A DNA stretch of 64,000 nt from a virus (lineage: Duplodnaviria; Caudoviricetes), in the IMG/VR virus record IMGVR_UViG_3300026159_000398, one strand, 5' to 3'. The translations under genes and the position numbers were made by a program. The notes under the pieces were generated by a model. The model was not told where the DNA came from and did no database searches. It saw nothing but the letters and a program-made list of their open reading frames with translations. This document shows, one piece after another, positions 37,748 through 47,855 of this stretch. Positions within the stretch are counted from its first letter, which is position 1, and every line of letters begins with the position of its first letter.

Positions 37748-38959
37748 TTATTCTTTTGCTGGTCCTGCACTAACCTCGAAACCTTGCTTGTGACCAACTT
37801 TTTGTTGTGCGCGATCTTTCCAAGCCAATTGTTTTGTAGCATCGTCAAAATCCTTTTGAAGATCTTTTGCAAATCTTGTGTTGAAGCTTTCGACAATCTC
37901 AGCAATTAAGTGGTCATTGATTTGCTGGCTATTATACATGTATTCGAGTTTCATTTTAATATCAGACATGAACATCATATCTTCTTCGTTATAATCACCA
38001 ACGCGACTCCATGCTTCATTAACTTCATTGATCATGGTACGAACATCATCAAGAGAGAAGACGCCCATTTTGAAGCGAAGGAATTTTGGAGTGTATTTAT
38101 TATCTTTTGCAAGATTGTAAATAGCAGGCATTGGGGCGCCGCCGATAGGAAGCATGTTGTTTTCAAATAGAGAAACAAGCTTGCTGCTGGCGTCTTTAAG
38201 ATCAAAGTCTTCGTTCATTTGTTTAAGGCTAACCAGAGTTTTTGTAACTCCAACTTTGATATTCTTTGAGAAGTCGATGCTTTCAAAGAATTTTGCTGCG
38301 AGCTTTTCGTCACCAAGAATCATGAGTGCTTCTTTTTGAACTTTATCAAAGATCGCTGCATCAGCGGAGAATTTCTCGTATGCTTCGTCAGTTTGTTTCA
38401 GCATCTCAAGAATCTCACCTCTTTCAAGAATTTCACCTTCAATAAGGTCATCATTCTCGTCGAAGAGATTGATTGCTTTTTTGAATTCAGCTTCTTCTTG
38501 GTAATATGCTTGCATCTTTTTGCCGAAGTTTTTAACCAAAGAGACAACATATTTATCAGAATCACGATTATCTATAATCGCGGTTACTTCTTCATTGATT
38601 GCAGTAACATCAACAGTTGGAAGATTGCGAATAGTGTCTTTCAGAGCGTCGATTGCATCATCAAGATTTTCTTCTGCGAAGATATTTTTGATGTTGGTTT
38701 GAAGAACATCACAATTCTCTTTGAATTCTTCAATTTTTTGTTGGCCTTTTTTGGCTTTCTTTTTCTTTTCTGTTAAAGCCTTTTTGCCTTTGGTTTTGAA
38801 GACCATTCCACAATCGCTTTCTTCATATTCGATTTCGAACATTTGTTCGGTTTCGGTGTTCTGAATGCAGACTTTGCCGTCTTCAAGAATAGAAACGAAC
38901 TTTGTCTTTGGGAAAGCTTCGACTGCAGATTTTATTTTTTCAAGTTGTTCAAAAGTCAT
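37748..38959 (-). CDS. Large acidic helical protein, candidate prohead core protein
   Basis: Start MTFEQLEK after GAGGAG; head-module location. Confidence 0.7.
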   Translation of the reverse strand: MTFEQLEKIKSAVEAFPKTKFVSILEDGKVCIQNTETEQMFEIEYEESDCGMVFKTKGKKALTEKKKKAKKGQQKIEEFKENCDVLQTNIKNIFAEENLDDAIDALKDTIRNLPTVDVTAINEEVTAIIDNRDSDKYVVSLVKNFGKKMQAYYQEEAEFKKAINLFDENDDLIEGEILERGEILEMLKQTDEAYEKFSADAAIFDKVQKEALMILGDEKLAAKFFESIDFSKNIKVGVTKTLVSLKQMNEDFDLKDASSKLVSLFENNMLPIGGAPMPAIYNLAKDNKYTPKFLRFKMGVFSLDDVRTMINEVNEAWSRVGDYNEEDMMFMSDIKMKLEYMYNSQQINDHLIAEIVESFNTRFAKDLQKDFDDATKQLAWKDRAQQKVGHKQGFEVSAGPAKE

Positions 38960-38996
38960 TTGAGTTCTCCTCTGGTTATTTACCTTATTGATTGAA

Positions 38997-39578
38997 TTAT
39001 ATTCCACCTAAGAAATATAATGAAACGATATCCATATCTTCTTTATCAACATCATGATATATAAATTCACCCATCATATCAACTAATTCCTCATAGTCAA
39101 TTTTGTTGCTTTTACAAAATTGTTTTAAAGCAGATGTTGCGGCTGCATGAATTTTTTTTCTAGGAATTAGTTTTTCAATTGCGTCTTGCACTACCTGTAC
39201 TGCATCGTATGCATAATTTTCAATAGGTTCAGGTTCATCTTCTTCATCATCTTCTGATGGTTCAATCATTTTACCTTTGAAAGGCTCAAAAAGCTTTTTG
39301 TCTTTTTTGGGCTTAGTTTTCTTAACTTCATCTTCATCATCATCATCATCATCTTTTGACATTTTAACAACATCAAAATTATGTTGACGTGATTTTTCTA
39401 TAAAATTTTTACGTTGTTCTATTGTATTAAATACATATTTACGGCCATTGATTGATACACCATAACCAGAAGGATTTTTAAAATATTTTATTTCTGGCTC
39501 AGTTTTTTTAGCTTCAAGAATTGCTTTGAAACTTTTATCATCGAACTGTTTAAGAACATCTTCCATTAAAATTTTCAT
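38997..39578 (-). CDS. Acidic hypothetical protein
   Basis: 193 aa; FKAILEA near the N-terminus; poly-Asp tract. Confidence 0.7.
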   Translation of the reverse strand: MKILMEDVLKQFDDKSFKAILEAKKTEPEIKYFKNPSGYGVSINGRKYVFNTIEQRKNFIEKSRQHNFDVVKMSKDDDDDDEDEVKKTKPKKDKKLFEPFKGKMIEPSEDDEEDEPEPIENYAYDAVQVVQDAIEKLIPRKKIHAAATSALKQFCKSNKIDYEELVDMMGEFIYHDVDKEDMDIVSLYFLGGI

Positions 39579-39584
39579 TTTTAC

Positions 39585-40154
39585 CTACCAACTGTATGTT
39601 AAAGATAATTGGGCTCCAGCATTCCACAACGATTTGTCCATACTTGTAAAATAAAATGGACCACCACCAAATCCCAAGAAAGGAGTAAAGTGATGAATGT
39701 AGAATATTGAGCCACCAAATATTGGAACGACTTTTCCATCGTATCCGCCCACTCCAACGCCGGGATTAAACATCAAAGTGTGTTTGTAATACAAAACAGG
39801 AACTTGATATTTGTCTTCTTTATATTTGCACATGTTCCACGCTCTGATAGTTGCAAAATTGTTTTGGAGCGTGAACTTCGTAAAAATTTCTGATTGAGCA
39901 CATTTCTTAAAATCGTCGCAATTTTTAGGAACAGGAGGAATATCACCAGCTTTTCCTTTTCCTTTTTTGGGAATTTCTTGTTTTTCACTGCTAACAGCTT
40001 TGGTTATTTTCTTTGTTCCATAAAAACAACCACCAACAAAACTTCCACTTGAAATTGCAATAACTATAATGGCCACAATAAAGTACCATTTGTAGTTTAT
40101 AAGAACTTCTTTTAATCTAACTCCTACACTCTTCTTTTCAGTAATCTCATCCAT
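39585..40154 (-). CDS. Membrane protein with an N-terminal TM and C-terminal amphipathic beta strands (spanin-like candidate)
   Basis: WYFIVAIIVIAIS TM; Gly/aromatic strands ending QLSLTYSW. Confidence 0.6.
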   Translation of the reverse strand: MDEITEKKSVGVRLKEVLINYKWYFIVAIIVIAISSGSFVGGCFYGTKKITKAVSSEKQEIPKKGKGKAGDIPPVPKNCDDFKKCAQSEIFTKFTLQNNFATIRAWNMCKYKEDKYQVPVLYYKHTLMFNPGVGVGGYDGKVVPIFGGSIFYIHHFTPFLGFGGGPFYFTSMDKSLWNAGAQLSLTYSW

Positions 40155-40166
40155 GATAGTCTCCTA

Positions 40167-40658
40167 TTATTTTCCTACCGGAGGAGTACCAGCAGGAGGT
40201 GGAGGAGGGCCTTGTTTTCCGGCACCCAACACACTATCAATATAAGATTTGGCTTGATCGACCATTCCCTTGCTCAGTACTTCTCCTTTCTCGTCTGAAC
40301 CAACTTTGTTTTGGCGTTGACGATAAAATGTCGTAATAACAACTGATAACGAAATGATCAAAGACAAAAATGTGACAGAGAATCCTGCAAGATGTTTACC
40401 AATAAGAGCGCCCGCAGAATATACATACACCCAAGAAAGGGCTACTTGACATTCCACAAACGTTACAATTGCAACAAGCACCATAACAAAAAAGAGAATG
40501 GTGATAGTAAGTGATGGTGTTCCTTTAGAGTCTGTGAGATAAAATTGTCTAAGAATGTATTGAACCACATTCTCATTAGTTCCTTTTCTAGGAAAAAAAC
40601 TAAAGAACCCATTCACAATTAGGTCTCTGAACTTTTTGATGATAGTTGATATTTTCAT
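40167..40658 (-). CDS. Two-TM membrane protein, holin candidate
   Basis: Two hydrophobic segments, DSKGTPSLT motif, charged C-tail. Confidence 0.55.
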   Translation of the reverse strand: MKISTIIKKFRDLIVNGFFSFFPRKGTNENVVQYILRQFYLTDSKGTPSLTITILFFVMVLVAIVTFVECQVALSWVYVYSAGALIGKHLAGFSVTFLSLIISLSVVITTFYRQRQNKVGSDEKGEVLSKGMVDQAKSYIDSVLGAGKQGPPPPPAGTPPVGK

Positions 40659-40716
40659 AGGCTTTCAGTTAATATATTTAATAAGACACTTAAAAATGTG
40701 TATCTTTTTTTGTCTT

Positions 40717-41124
40717 CTATATCGATTTCGCAACCACTGGTACTTTTAATGATGCAATTGATGCAAAGTGTTTTTTGATATCAGTGGCATTTTGTTTCGT
40801 TTTATCAATGCTTTCACCTACATAAAGCTTTCCATTGAACTTCTGAACCGGTAGAAAACCAGCGACGCTTTTATTGTAATTGACATTTGCTAATTGTGAG
40901 TTCATTTCACCTGTTTTTATAAGCCATCTGCGAATTTCATTATGAAGAACTCCTGCGCCTGCGCTTCTTGTCATAAACAATTTGCCATTGGTAATAATAC
41001 CACGACATTCATCAGGAGTATCAAAAAACTCTTGTTGTGAATCTATTCGTTGCATGAGGCTTTTGCCAAAATTACCTTGAATTTGGCCTTCAAGAATTTC
41101 TTCAATATATTTTTTAAAAATCAT
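40717..41124 (-). CDS. Tagged protein, RG-H-ES paralog 1
   Basis: MIFKKYIEEILEG; CRGII..KLFM...LHNEI...LYVGESI. Confidence 0.75.
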   Translation of the reverse strand: MIFKKYIEEILEGQIQGNFGKSLMQRIDSQQEFFDTPDECRGIITNGKLFMTRSAGAGVLHNEIRRWLIKTGEMNSQLANVNYNKSVAGFLPVQKFNGKLYVGESIDKTKQNATDIKKHFASIASLKVPVVAKSI

Positions 41125-41441
41125 AATGGCTCCGTTTTTTGTGTCATGGTCACATGAAATACCATGCCACGAATTACACTTTTATCTTTATTGAGCCATA
41201 AGACATAAATCTTATCTTGTTCTTCTGGAAACATCTTCAGTATGGCACGTCCTTCGTTCTCGGCTTGAATGCATTGACGATACTTCATTATCTCAAGCAT
41301 CTCTTCTGCTGTGAATTCTTCAATGACATGATCGCCACATTTCAATTGAAGCTTATCACATTTGGATTTTTCTAGTGAGTTAGAAGGCTTAAATACAAAT
41401 AGCATACAAATAGTTGCAAATAATACAAATAGTTTTTTCAT
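41121..41441 (-). CDS. Secreted/periplasmic hypothetical protein
   Basis: Signal-peptide-like MKKLFVLFATICMLFVFKPSNS. Confidence 0.65.
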   Translation of the reverse strand: MKKLFVLFATICMLFVFKPSNSLEKSKCDKLQLKCGDHVIEEFTAEEMLEIMKYRQCIQAENEGRAILKMFPEEQDKIYVLWLNKDKSVIRGMVFHVTMTQKTEPL

Positions 41442-41965
41442 GAGTCTATTTTCTCCAATATAATTTTGAGTCCTTTGCCACGTAATTTATTAAAACTCGT
41501 TTTGAACATTTTTGCAATTTTAGCTTTATTTTGTGGTCCTTTAAAATGACGCAGCGCATCATAACCATAACTTTCAGAGAGTTTTATTTCATCATTAAAG
41601 TCAACTTGCATCGCCAAGAACTTAACGAACGAAGGGTCCATTTCTGACCATAAATTTAAGAAGTTTTGTTCTCGTTTTATGATGTTGTCTATCATGAGTT
41701 TGCCAATCATTATATAATGAATTGTAGTATCATCACAGACATAATAATCATTTGGCATTATAATGAGGCGATCATTTACTACAACATTACTATTCTTTTT
41801 AACAATCTCTTTTCCAAAACGATTGCGTGAAATAATGTTATTCGCCATCTTGAGCCATTCTGGTAACTCATCTTTTTGAGATGGCTTCACATCAAGAGTA
41901 CCTTTAGCTCTTTCTTCTTTGAATTTCTCAGGCATCCATTCAAGATAGGATTGAAATTTATTCAT
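41438..41965 (-). CDS. Tagged protein, RG-H-ES paralog 2
   Basis: MNKFQSYLEW; RLII...IHYIM...IKLSESY. Confidence 0.75.
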   Translation of the reverse strand: MNKFQSYLEWMPEKFKEERAKGTLDVKPSQKDELPEWLKMANNIISRNRFGKEIVKKNSNVVVNDRLIIMPNDYYVCDDTTIHYIMIGKLMIDNIIKREQNFLNLWSEMDPSFVKFLAMQVDFNDEIKLSESYGYDALRHFKGPQNKAKIAKMFKTSFNKLRGKGLKIILEKIDS

Positions 41966-42383
41966 AAAAACCTTCTTTTGGTTTGGCGACGCAAATAATA
42001 TTAAATTTGGTCTTTAATATTGTTTTCATTTTTAAATAAACGTCTTCAATTGCATAAAAATCATCTCTGTCATAGGATTCTGCTAAGTATAATTTATTAT
42101 TAAATTTAAAAACTCCAATAGCGTTATCATATAAAAACAATTCTTTGAATCCTAGTCGTATTAGTTCACGTATTATATCATCATGCACAATTAGTGCTTT
42201 AGGGTTGCTTAACATAAATAATTTAGTTTTAGAGCCATCAACAACTGCTATTCCTCGTGCATCATTTGGAATTGTTTTAAATTCTTGCGCAGATTTAATA
42301 TCAACTAGTTGTGTTGATGGTGAATTGATGGTGTATTTGTCGCGCATAGAACTTATGACTGCTTCTAAATATGTTTTTACCAT
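41958..42383 (-). CDS. Tagged protein, RG-H-ES paralog 3
   Basis: MVKTYLEA; ARGIA..KLFM...VHDDI...LYLAESY. Confidence 0.75.
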   Translation of the reverse strand: MVKTYLEAVISSMRDKYTINSPSTQLVDIKSAQEFKTIPNDARGIAVVDGSKTKLFMLSNPKALIVHDDIIRELIRLGFKELFLYDNAIGVFKFNNKLYLAESYDRDDFYAIEDVYLKMKTILKTKFNIICVAKPKEGFYE

Positions 42384-42871
42384 GCAGCCTCCAATTCCAA
42401 TTCAAATCCACGTTTCTTCATTTTAGCTTGATATTCTTTTAACATGCCTTCTTGTTTATCATTCATTTCTTTGAGCTCTTCACTATAACTTTCAGACATC
42501 ATGAATTTGTTTGTTTTCCCGTGACGAGTAACAAGAATGAAGTCATTCATAAGAGATAATAAATCAAGATCAGGCATGTTAACATAATTAAAATATCTGA
42601 ACTTTTTTGGCAAATAACCATTCTCTACCATGACATTTATCATATCGGAATGAATTAATGTTCCACGTTTTGCTGGTTTTAATTCTTTATCTAGATTTTC
42701 CATAATAAAAAGATCACCTTTAAAAGTCATAAGACCACGAACATCAGCAGTAAAATTGCTTAAATGAGATGGATTTTTATAAATCTCTGCTACGGCTTGA
42801 TTGTCATACATTGGATAGCGTCCAAGAAGCACTTCGAGGTATTCTCTCATAAAAATTGTCCTAATTTTCAT
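42377..42871 (-). CDS. Tagged protein, RG-H-ES paralog 4
   Basis: FMREYLEV; VRGLM..DLFIM...IHSDM...FMMSESY. Confidence 0.75.
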   Translation of the reverse strand: MKIRTIFMREYLEVLLGRYPMYDNQAVAEIYKNPSHLSNFTADVRGLMTFKGDLFIMENLDKELKPAKRGTLIHSDMINVMVENGYLPKKFRYFNYVNMPDLDLLSLMNDFILVTRHGKTNKFMMSESYSEELKEMNDKQEGMLKEYQAKMKKRGFELELEAAW

Positions 42872-42939
42872 CCACGGCTTAATATAATCTAATAGTATAT
42901 TAAGACTTCACGTCCAAATCTAACAAATAAAAGGCGTAT

Positions 42940-44982
42940 ATGGAAAATCCACATGATCTTATTGCTCCTCGCAGTAAATTAACCAGAGACGAAATTAAGT
43001 TGGCGCTCAAACGTGTTGACCGTCGACTCAAACTCTCTTCAACAGATACAGAAGTTGCTGGTATTCCCAACGCGTTAGTTCAATCTTTTGATGACCTCCC
43101 ATTAACTCTTTATCAAGCTGGTGAATACAACGCTCTTGGTGCAGTTACAGCAAATGAATTGCTTGGTCACTTATATCAAAAAGAAGAACTCATCGGTGAA
43201 AGACGTCTGCGTTACAGTCGTCTTAAAGAAGCACAAAATCATCCTGAAATCGTTGGTGCATTAAATATTCATGCAGACGAAGCTACCACAGAAGATGAAG
43301 ATGGAGACATTCTTCATGTTGTGCACCCAAAAGAAGAAGTAATAGAAATTCTTGAAGAGCTGTATCAACGCCTCGGCATGAAAGATAAAGCATGGCAAAT
43401 AATTCGTGATATGAGTGGCTTTGGTGATACATTCTATGAAGTTGTTGTTTCACAAAATCTCAAACGTATTCTTAAACTTATTCCTATTCCACGTGAATAT
43501 ATAAAAAGACTTGAAGAATTCGGTGACCTTAAAGGCTTTGAAATAAGCGACATTGAAATAAAAGATGCAAACTCATTGCAATATTTCTCATACTCGGTCA
43601 ATTATAACACCGAGAAAGAGGCGCAAGACAAACGACTTTATCCATTCCGAATATTACACTTCAGAATTCCATCTTCTAAATATGGAATTTATGGTGAATC
43701 TGTTATTGATTCGGTTCTCTCTTCTATAGAACAATTATCAATCATGGAAAAAGCTCTCTTGATTGCACGCGTTACTCGTGCTCCTGAGCGCCGTATTTTC
43801 AACATTAATGTTGGAACTCTTCAAGGCGACTCTGCAATTAAGTACGTCAAAGATGTCATGAACAACTTTCGCAATAAAAGAAAGTTAGATGTCTTTTCTC
43901 GTGATAAAGTCGACTGGCAAAAAGACATCTTTGGAACCGTTGAAGACATTGTTATTCCTCACCGTTCTGGAGAAGAAGGCCATAAGGTTGATGTATTGCA
44001 ACAGTTGAATAATCCTGGAGATATTGGTGATCTTGAATTCATGAGAGACAAGATCTTCCCTGGTCTTGGTATTCCTCGTCAATATTTATTCGACGACCAA
44101 TTTGCCAGCGCAAATACAAATTTATCAAGTAAATCAAAACCATTTGCTAAGAAAATACGCCGCATTCAACGTTGTTTCTTGTATCAAATGTACAAATTAG
44201 CTTACATTGAATTGAAGCTTCAAGGTTATAGTGATCGTGATTTTAAAGAACTTGTATTGTTGATGAATAACCCATCAAATATAGATGAAAAAGAAAATCT
44301 TGAAATTGAAACGACTCGTTGGGGTCTCATTTCAACAATGAAACAAAATAACGCTGAGCGTGTATTCGTTCCTGATTATGTTATTTATCGTGATGTTTTG
44401 AAACTAAGTGATGAAGAAATAGTTGAATGGATGAAGCTTGCCGAATTGCAAGCAGCTCGCAAGAATATTTTTGAGGCTCTCCCAGAAGAAGAAAGACCCG
44501 AGGGTGCTGAAGATCTTACTGGACAACAAGAACCTCAAATGGGCGGAGAAGCCGGAGGCGGTGCTCCAGGCGGAGGCGCGCCTCCTCCAGAGGGTGGCGA
44601 AGGTGCGCCTCCAGAAGAAGGAGAAGCTCCAGCGGAAGGCGAGGAAGAGGGCGTGCCAAAAGACGCTATTAAGGCACTCGGTCCACCTCCTGCAAAAGCA
44701 GAAGTTGCTGAGTATGTTCCAATATTCAAAAACAAAGAAAAGTATCTGGAAGCGAAGCAGAAGAAAGAAGCATTCCTTAAAATGATTTCTGAAAGCATGA
44801 GCGCTCAGATAATTGAAATGGAAAAAGTTCATCAAGAAGAAGTCGAAAGAAAACGCAAGAAAACAAATGTAGCGTATCAAGAGATGGAACTTGCTGGTGA
44901 ATTTGAAGGATTGGATATTATACTCAACAAAATCTATACTGAAGAAAATCAATCCAAAAGGAATAAAAAAACCCGCCAATAG
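42940..44982 (+). CDS. gp20: Portal protein (T4 gp20-like)
   Basis: HPEI..AL, QL..ME.A..I.R..RAPERRIF.I.VG.L, ED..IP.R...G. Confidence 0.95.
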   Translation: MENPHDLIAPRSKLTRDEIKLALKRVDRRLKLSSTDTEVAGIPNALVQSFDDLPLTLYQAGEYNALGAVTANELLGHLYQKEELIGERRLRYSRLKEAQNHPEIVGALNIHADEATTEDEDGDILHVVHPKEEVIEILEELYQRLGMKDKAWQIIRDMSGFGDTFYEVVVSQNLKRILKLIPIPREYIKRLEEFGDLKGFEISDIEIKDANSLQYFSYSVNYNTEKEAQDKRLYPFRILHFRIPSSKYGIYGESVIDSVLSSIEQLSIMEKALLIARVTRAPERRIFNINVGTLQGDSAIKYVKDVMNNFRNKRKLDVFSRDKVDWQKDIFGTVEDIVIPHRSGEEGHKVDVLQQLNNPGDIGDLEFMRDKIFPGLGIPRQYLFDDQFASANTNLSSKSKPFAKKIRRIQRCFLYQMYKLAYIELKLQGYSDRDFKELVLLMNNPSNIDEKENLEIETTRWGLISTMKQNNAERVFVPDYVIYRDVLKLSDEEIVEWMKLAELQAARKNIFEALPEEERPEGAEDLTGQQEPQMGGEAGGGAPGGGAPPPEGGEGAPPEEGEAPAEGEEEGVPKDAIKALGPPPAKAEVAEYVPIFKNKEKYLEAKQKKEAFLKMISESMSAQIIEMEKVHQEEVERKRKKTNVAYQEMELAGEFEGLDIILNKIYTEENQSKRNKKTRQ

Positions 44983-44994
44983 TTGGCGGGTTTT
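44968..44994. terminator. Bidirectional intrinsic terminator
   Basis: AAAACCCGCCAA-TAG-TTGGCGGGTTTT. Confidence 0.8.
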
Positions 44995-45019
44995 AATCAC
45001 AACATGAAAATCTGCTTGC

Positions 45020-45196
45020 TTAGGAGTAGGAACCTACACTGTAGCTGGCGAGATTTTCGGATTCCAGAAAGGACATTACCTGACGTCGAGGGGTTCCGGT
45101 CAGCATGGCGATTTTGCGCGCATCCTTGATGCCTTTCTGTTTCTTCGTACCTTCATAAATCTTGAGGATACGGTTTTGGGTTGAAGCTTTGAGCAT
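45020..45196 (-). CDS. Small basic hypothetical protein
   Basis: AGGAG RBS; MLKASTQNRILKIYEG... Confidence 0.55.
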   Translation of the reverse strand: MLKASTQNRILKIYEGTKKQKGIKDARKIAMLTGTPRRQVMSFLESENLASYSVGSYS

Positions 45197-45307
45197 ATAC
45201 ACTCTCTCCTGAAGTTATTAAATTTAACAACAACAAAATTTGTTGATTGAACTATATATAATTATATATCGGGAAACATATATTCATTTAGAAAAAAGTG
45301 GGAAAAA

Positions 45308-47119
45308 ATGGCATTCCAGGCACGAAAAGATGGACTTACGGAATCACAAATTGCTGATGAACTTGATAAATTGACTAAGGTTGATGACAAATCTGGATTT
45401 CTGTATTTCCTTGAAAATTATGTCTACGTTGAGCACCCAAAGGGTTACGCTTTCTTGGGAGATGAAATATTTAATTGGCAAAAAAATGCTGCGCCGACCT
45501 TCTTATCCTCACGTTACATTATCGCGAAAAAGCGTCGTCAGGTTGGTTATTCAACTGTCGTTGGCGCTTATTGTCTCTATCGCGCTTTGTTGTTTGATTC
45601 TCAAATCATTAACGTTGTATCTATTAAGTTAAAAGATTCTACAACGTTCCTTCGCCGTACAAAATTCATCTACAATAAACTGCCCGTTTGGATGAAGCAA
45701 AAACGAATTGAAGATGCGAAGACCGTTATGGTTTTTGAACATAACGGTTCTTCAATCTCCAGTTTGCCATTGACTGATGACCCTGCTCGTGGTGATACTC
45801 TTTCATTGTTGGTTCTCGACGAATTTGCTGCAATGAGAAATGCCGCACAAGTTCTTGCTGCTGGTGTTCCTTCTCTTGCAGCTGGTGCTTTCATTCCATG
45901 GACAAGTACAACTCTTCCATCACAATTGTTCATCATTTCAACGTATCCAGAAAATCCAGTTGACAATGAGTATGTTCGTCTTTTGAATATTGCTCGTGAA
46001 GATCGTGATAGTGGTTATGCTGTAGTTGATGTCGACCCAAGTGATATTCCATATTACAACAACCCACAATGGATTAAAGAGCAAGTTGACTTGCTTGGCC
46101 ATAAGAGAGCAGCAGTTGAAATTTTTGGTGAAGAGCCAATTGATTCTGAAAATGCTCTACTTCCAGCTCACGTATTAAAAGAACTCAAAGATGTACCACC
46201 AATTCGCTGTGACTTCTTGTTGCCTGATGATATTGACGAAGAAGGTTACTACAAAGATCTTAATGTACTTGGACAAGCCGAAGATAATTTCGATGAGTCA
46301 ATCAACTATATCAAAGGACTTTGGATTTGGGAAAATCCAGACCCAAATGCAGAATATTGTATTACGTGCGACGTTGCAAAAGGTATTGGCGGTTCTGCTT
46401 CTACTTTTGTAGTGTTCAATTTGCATACGATGGAGCAAGCCGCTGAATATGAGAATGACAAAATAGATATCGAAGGTTTCAAAAAGATAATTGAGATAGT
46501 GACCAACTATTACAATAAAGCCAAACTTTCAATTGAAAATAACGGTCTTGGTATTGGTGTAGTTGCTTATTTCTCTGAAACAAAAATGTACGACAATCTT
46601 TATTATCATCGAATGGCTAAAAAGAGATATGAGCCAGGATTTCCGATGGGTGTCAATACTCGTGGTCCTTCGATTGTTCACATGCAATCAATGCTTTCCA
46701 ATAAAGAATACACCATCAAATCAATTCGCCTAATCAATCAACTTCGAAACTTTGGCTACACGAATCATGGCAAGATTAAAGCATTGGGTTCTGGAAGAGA
46801 TGACATCGTTCTGGCTCTTTGCCAATTCTCATACCTCTTGAATATTGGCTGGGCGGTTTCCCTGAAACAAACTCGAGATGAAAGACCTCTTGGCATTATT
46901 AGCAGCCAAGAAATTGAAGCGATGAATCAGAAAGAAGAAGAAGAAAGATTGTTGAGTTCAAATAAACCCAAGTCACAAGTGTTTAAATATTGGGAAGATA
47001 TGGGGATTGATTTTGATTCGTTGGATGATAGAACAAAAGAGGCCATTGAAATGATCAAGGCCTCTGGTATGTCAATATCTCGTGAAGAAATAGAAAATAT
47101 TCTGAAAGGAAATTATTGA
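45308..47119 (+). CDS. gp17: Terminase large subunit (T4 gp17-like)
   Basis: RQVGYST Walker A variant, RGDTLSLLVLDEFA Walker B, IIST, DVAKGIG, IENNG.G, DDIVLAL. Confidence 0.95.
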   Translation: MAFQARKDGLTESQIADELDKLTKVDDKSGFLYFLENYVYVEHPKGYAFLGDEIFNWQKNAAPTFLSSRYIIAKKRRQVGYSTVVGAYCLYRALLFDSQIINVVSIKLKDSTTFLRRTKFIYNKLPVWMKQKRIEDAKTVMVFEHNGSSISSLPLTDDPARGDTLSLLVLDEFAAMRNAAQVLAAGVPSLAAGAFIPWTSTTLPSQLFIISTYPENPVDNEYVRLLNIAREDRDSGYAVVDVDPSDIPYYNNPQWIKEQVDLLGHKRAAVEIFGEEPIDSENALLPAHVLKELKDVPPIRCDFLLPDDIDEEGYYKDLNVLGQAEDNFDESINYIKGLWIWENPDPNAEYCITCDVAKGIGGSASTFVVFNLHTMEQAAEYENDKIDIEGFKKIIEIVTNYYNKAKLSIENNGLGIGVVAYFSETKMYDNLYYHRMAKKRYEPGFPMGVNTRGPSIVHMQSMLSNKEYTIKSIRLINQLRNFGYTNHGKIKALGSGRDDIVLALCQFSYLLNIGWAVSLKQTRDERPLGIISSQEIEAMNQKEEEERLLSSNKPKSQVFKYWEDMGIDFDSLDDRTKEAIEMIKASGMSISREEIENILKGNY

Positions 47120-47523
47120 TCTTCATCTTCCTCATAAGAAAGTTCTTGTTGTTTGCGTTGTTGAATCTCTCTAAAGTTGACAGCACCTTTAGGAATAAGA
47201 TTTCCTGTACCGCCTTGACTAAATGTTTGAGCAATCTTTTCACGGCTCTCATTAGTCATTTGTATCTTTATGATTCCTGATACTTGCGAAATAACTTTAT
47301 CAAGCTTTGCAGAAGCCGCAAAAACCAACTTCAGAGCATCATTAACTTTGGCTTCAAGAATTCCATCTTGACTCATCTCAAAATCTTGATCAAGAACACT
47401 TTGTAATTGACTTTTCATGTCTTTATAGTTTTGAATTGCCAAATCACGATCAGCTTCATAGACGGCAAGAGCGTCTTTTAGAAGTTTTGAAAGTTCTTCA
47501 AATTTTTCATTTTGAAAGTTCAT
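47113..47523 (-). CDS. Coiled-coil hypothetical protein
   Basis: 136 aa ORF. Confidence 0.65.
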   Translation of the reverse strand: MNFQNEKFEELSKLLKDALAVYEADRDLAIQNYKDMKSQLQSVLDQDFEMSQDGILEAKVNDALKLVFAASAKLDKVISQVSGIIKIQMTNESREKIAQTFSQGGTGNLIPKGAVNFREIQQRKQQELSYEEDEDQ

Positions 47524-47855
47524 TTCTTTAACAACCTTTTTAAGAGTATTCCCATACCTGTCAACAAATAATAGGCTGGTTCATTTCCTTTGCAATATTC
47601 TTCCATTTGTTTTTCAAGTTGACTTTGTGGTATATAAAACCATTTACCAAATATATTTGCCGAGAAACACCATTCAACGTGATCTGTTTCATGGCAATCC
47701 CATTCTTTACATTTATCACTGTCTTGAACAACGCATTTATGTTTTTGGCACCATTCAACTTCATAGCCATAATAGAATGTTAATTTACTGGTGATTTCCA
47801 ATGTAGCATAATCATCATTGATTCCAATGCTAATCATTTTCTTCCTCCATCTCAA
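47520..47855 (-). CDS. Hypothetical protein
   Basis: ORF between coupled genes; start uncertain. Confidence 0.55.
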   Translation of the reverse strand: MRWRKKMISIGINDDYATLEITSKLTFYYGYEVEWCQKHKCVVQDSDKCKEWDCHETDHVEWCFSANIFGKWFYIPQSQLEKQMEEYCKGNEPAYYLLTGMGILLKRLLKK

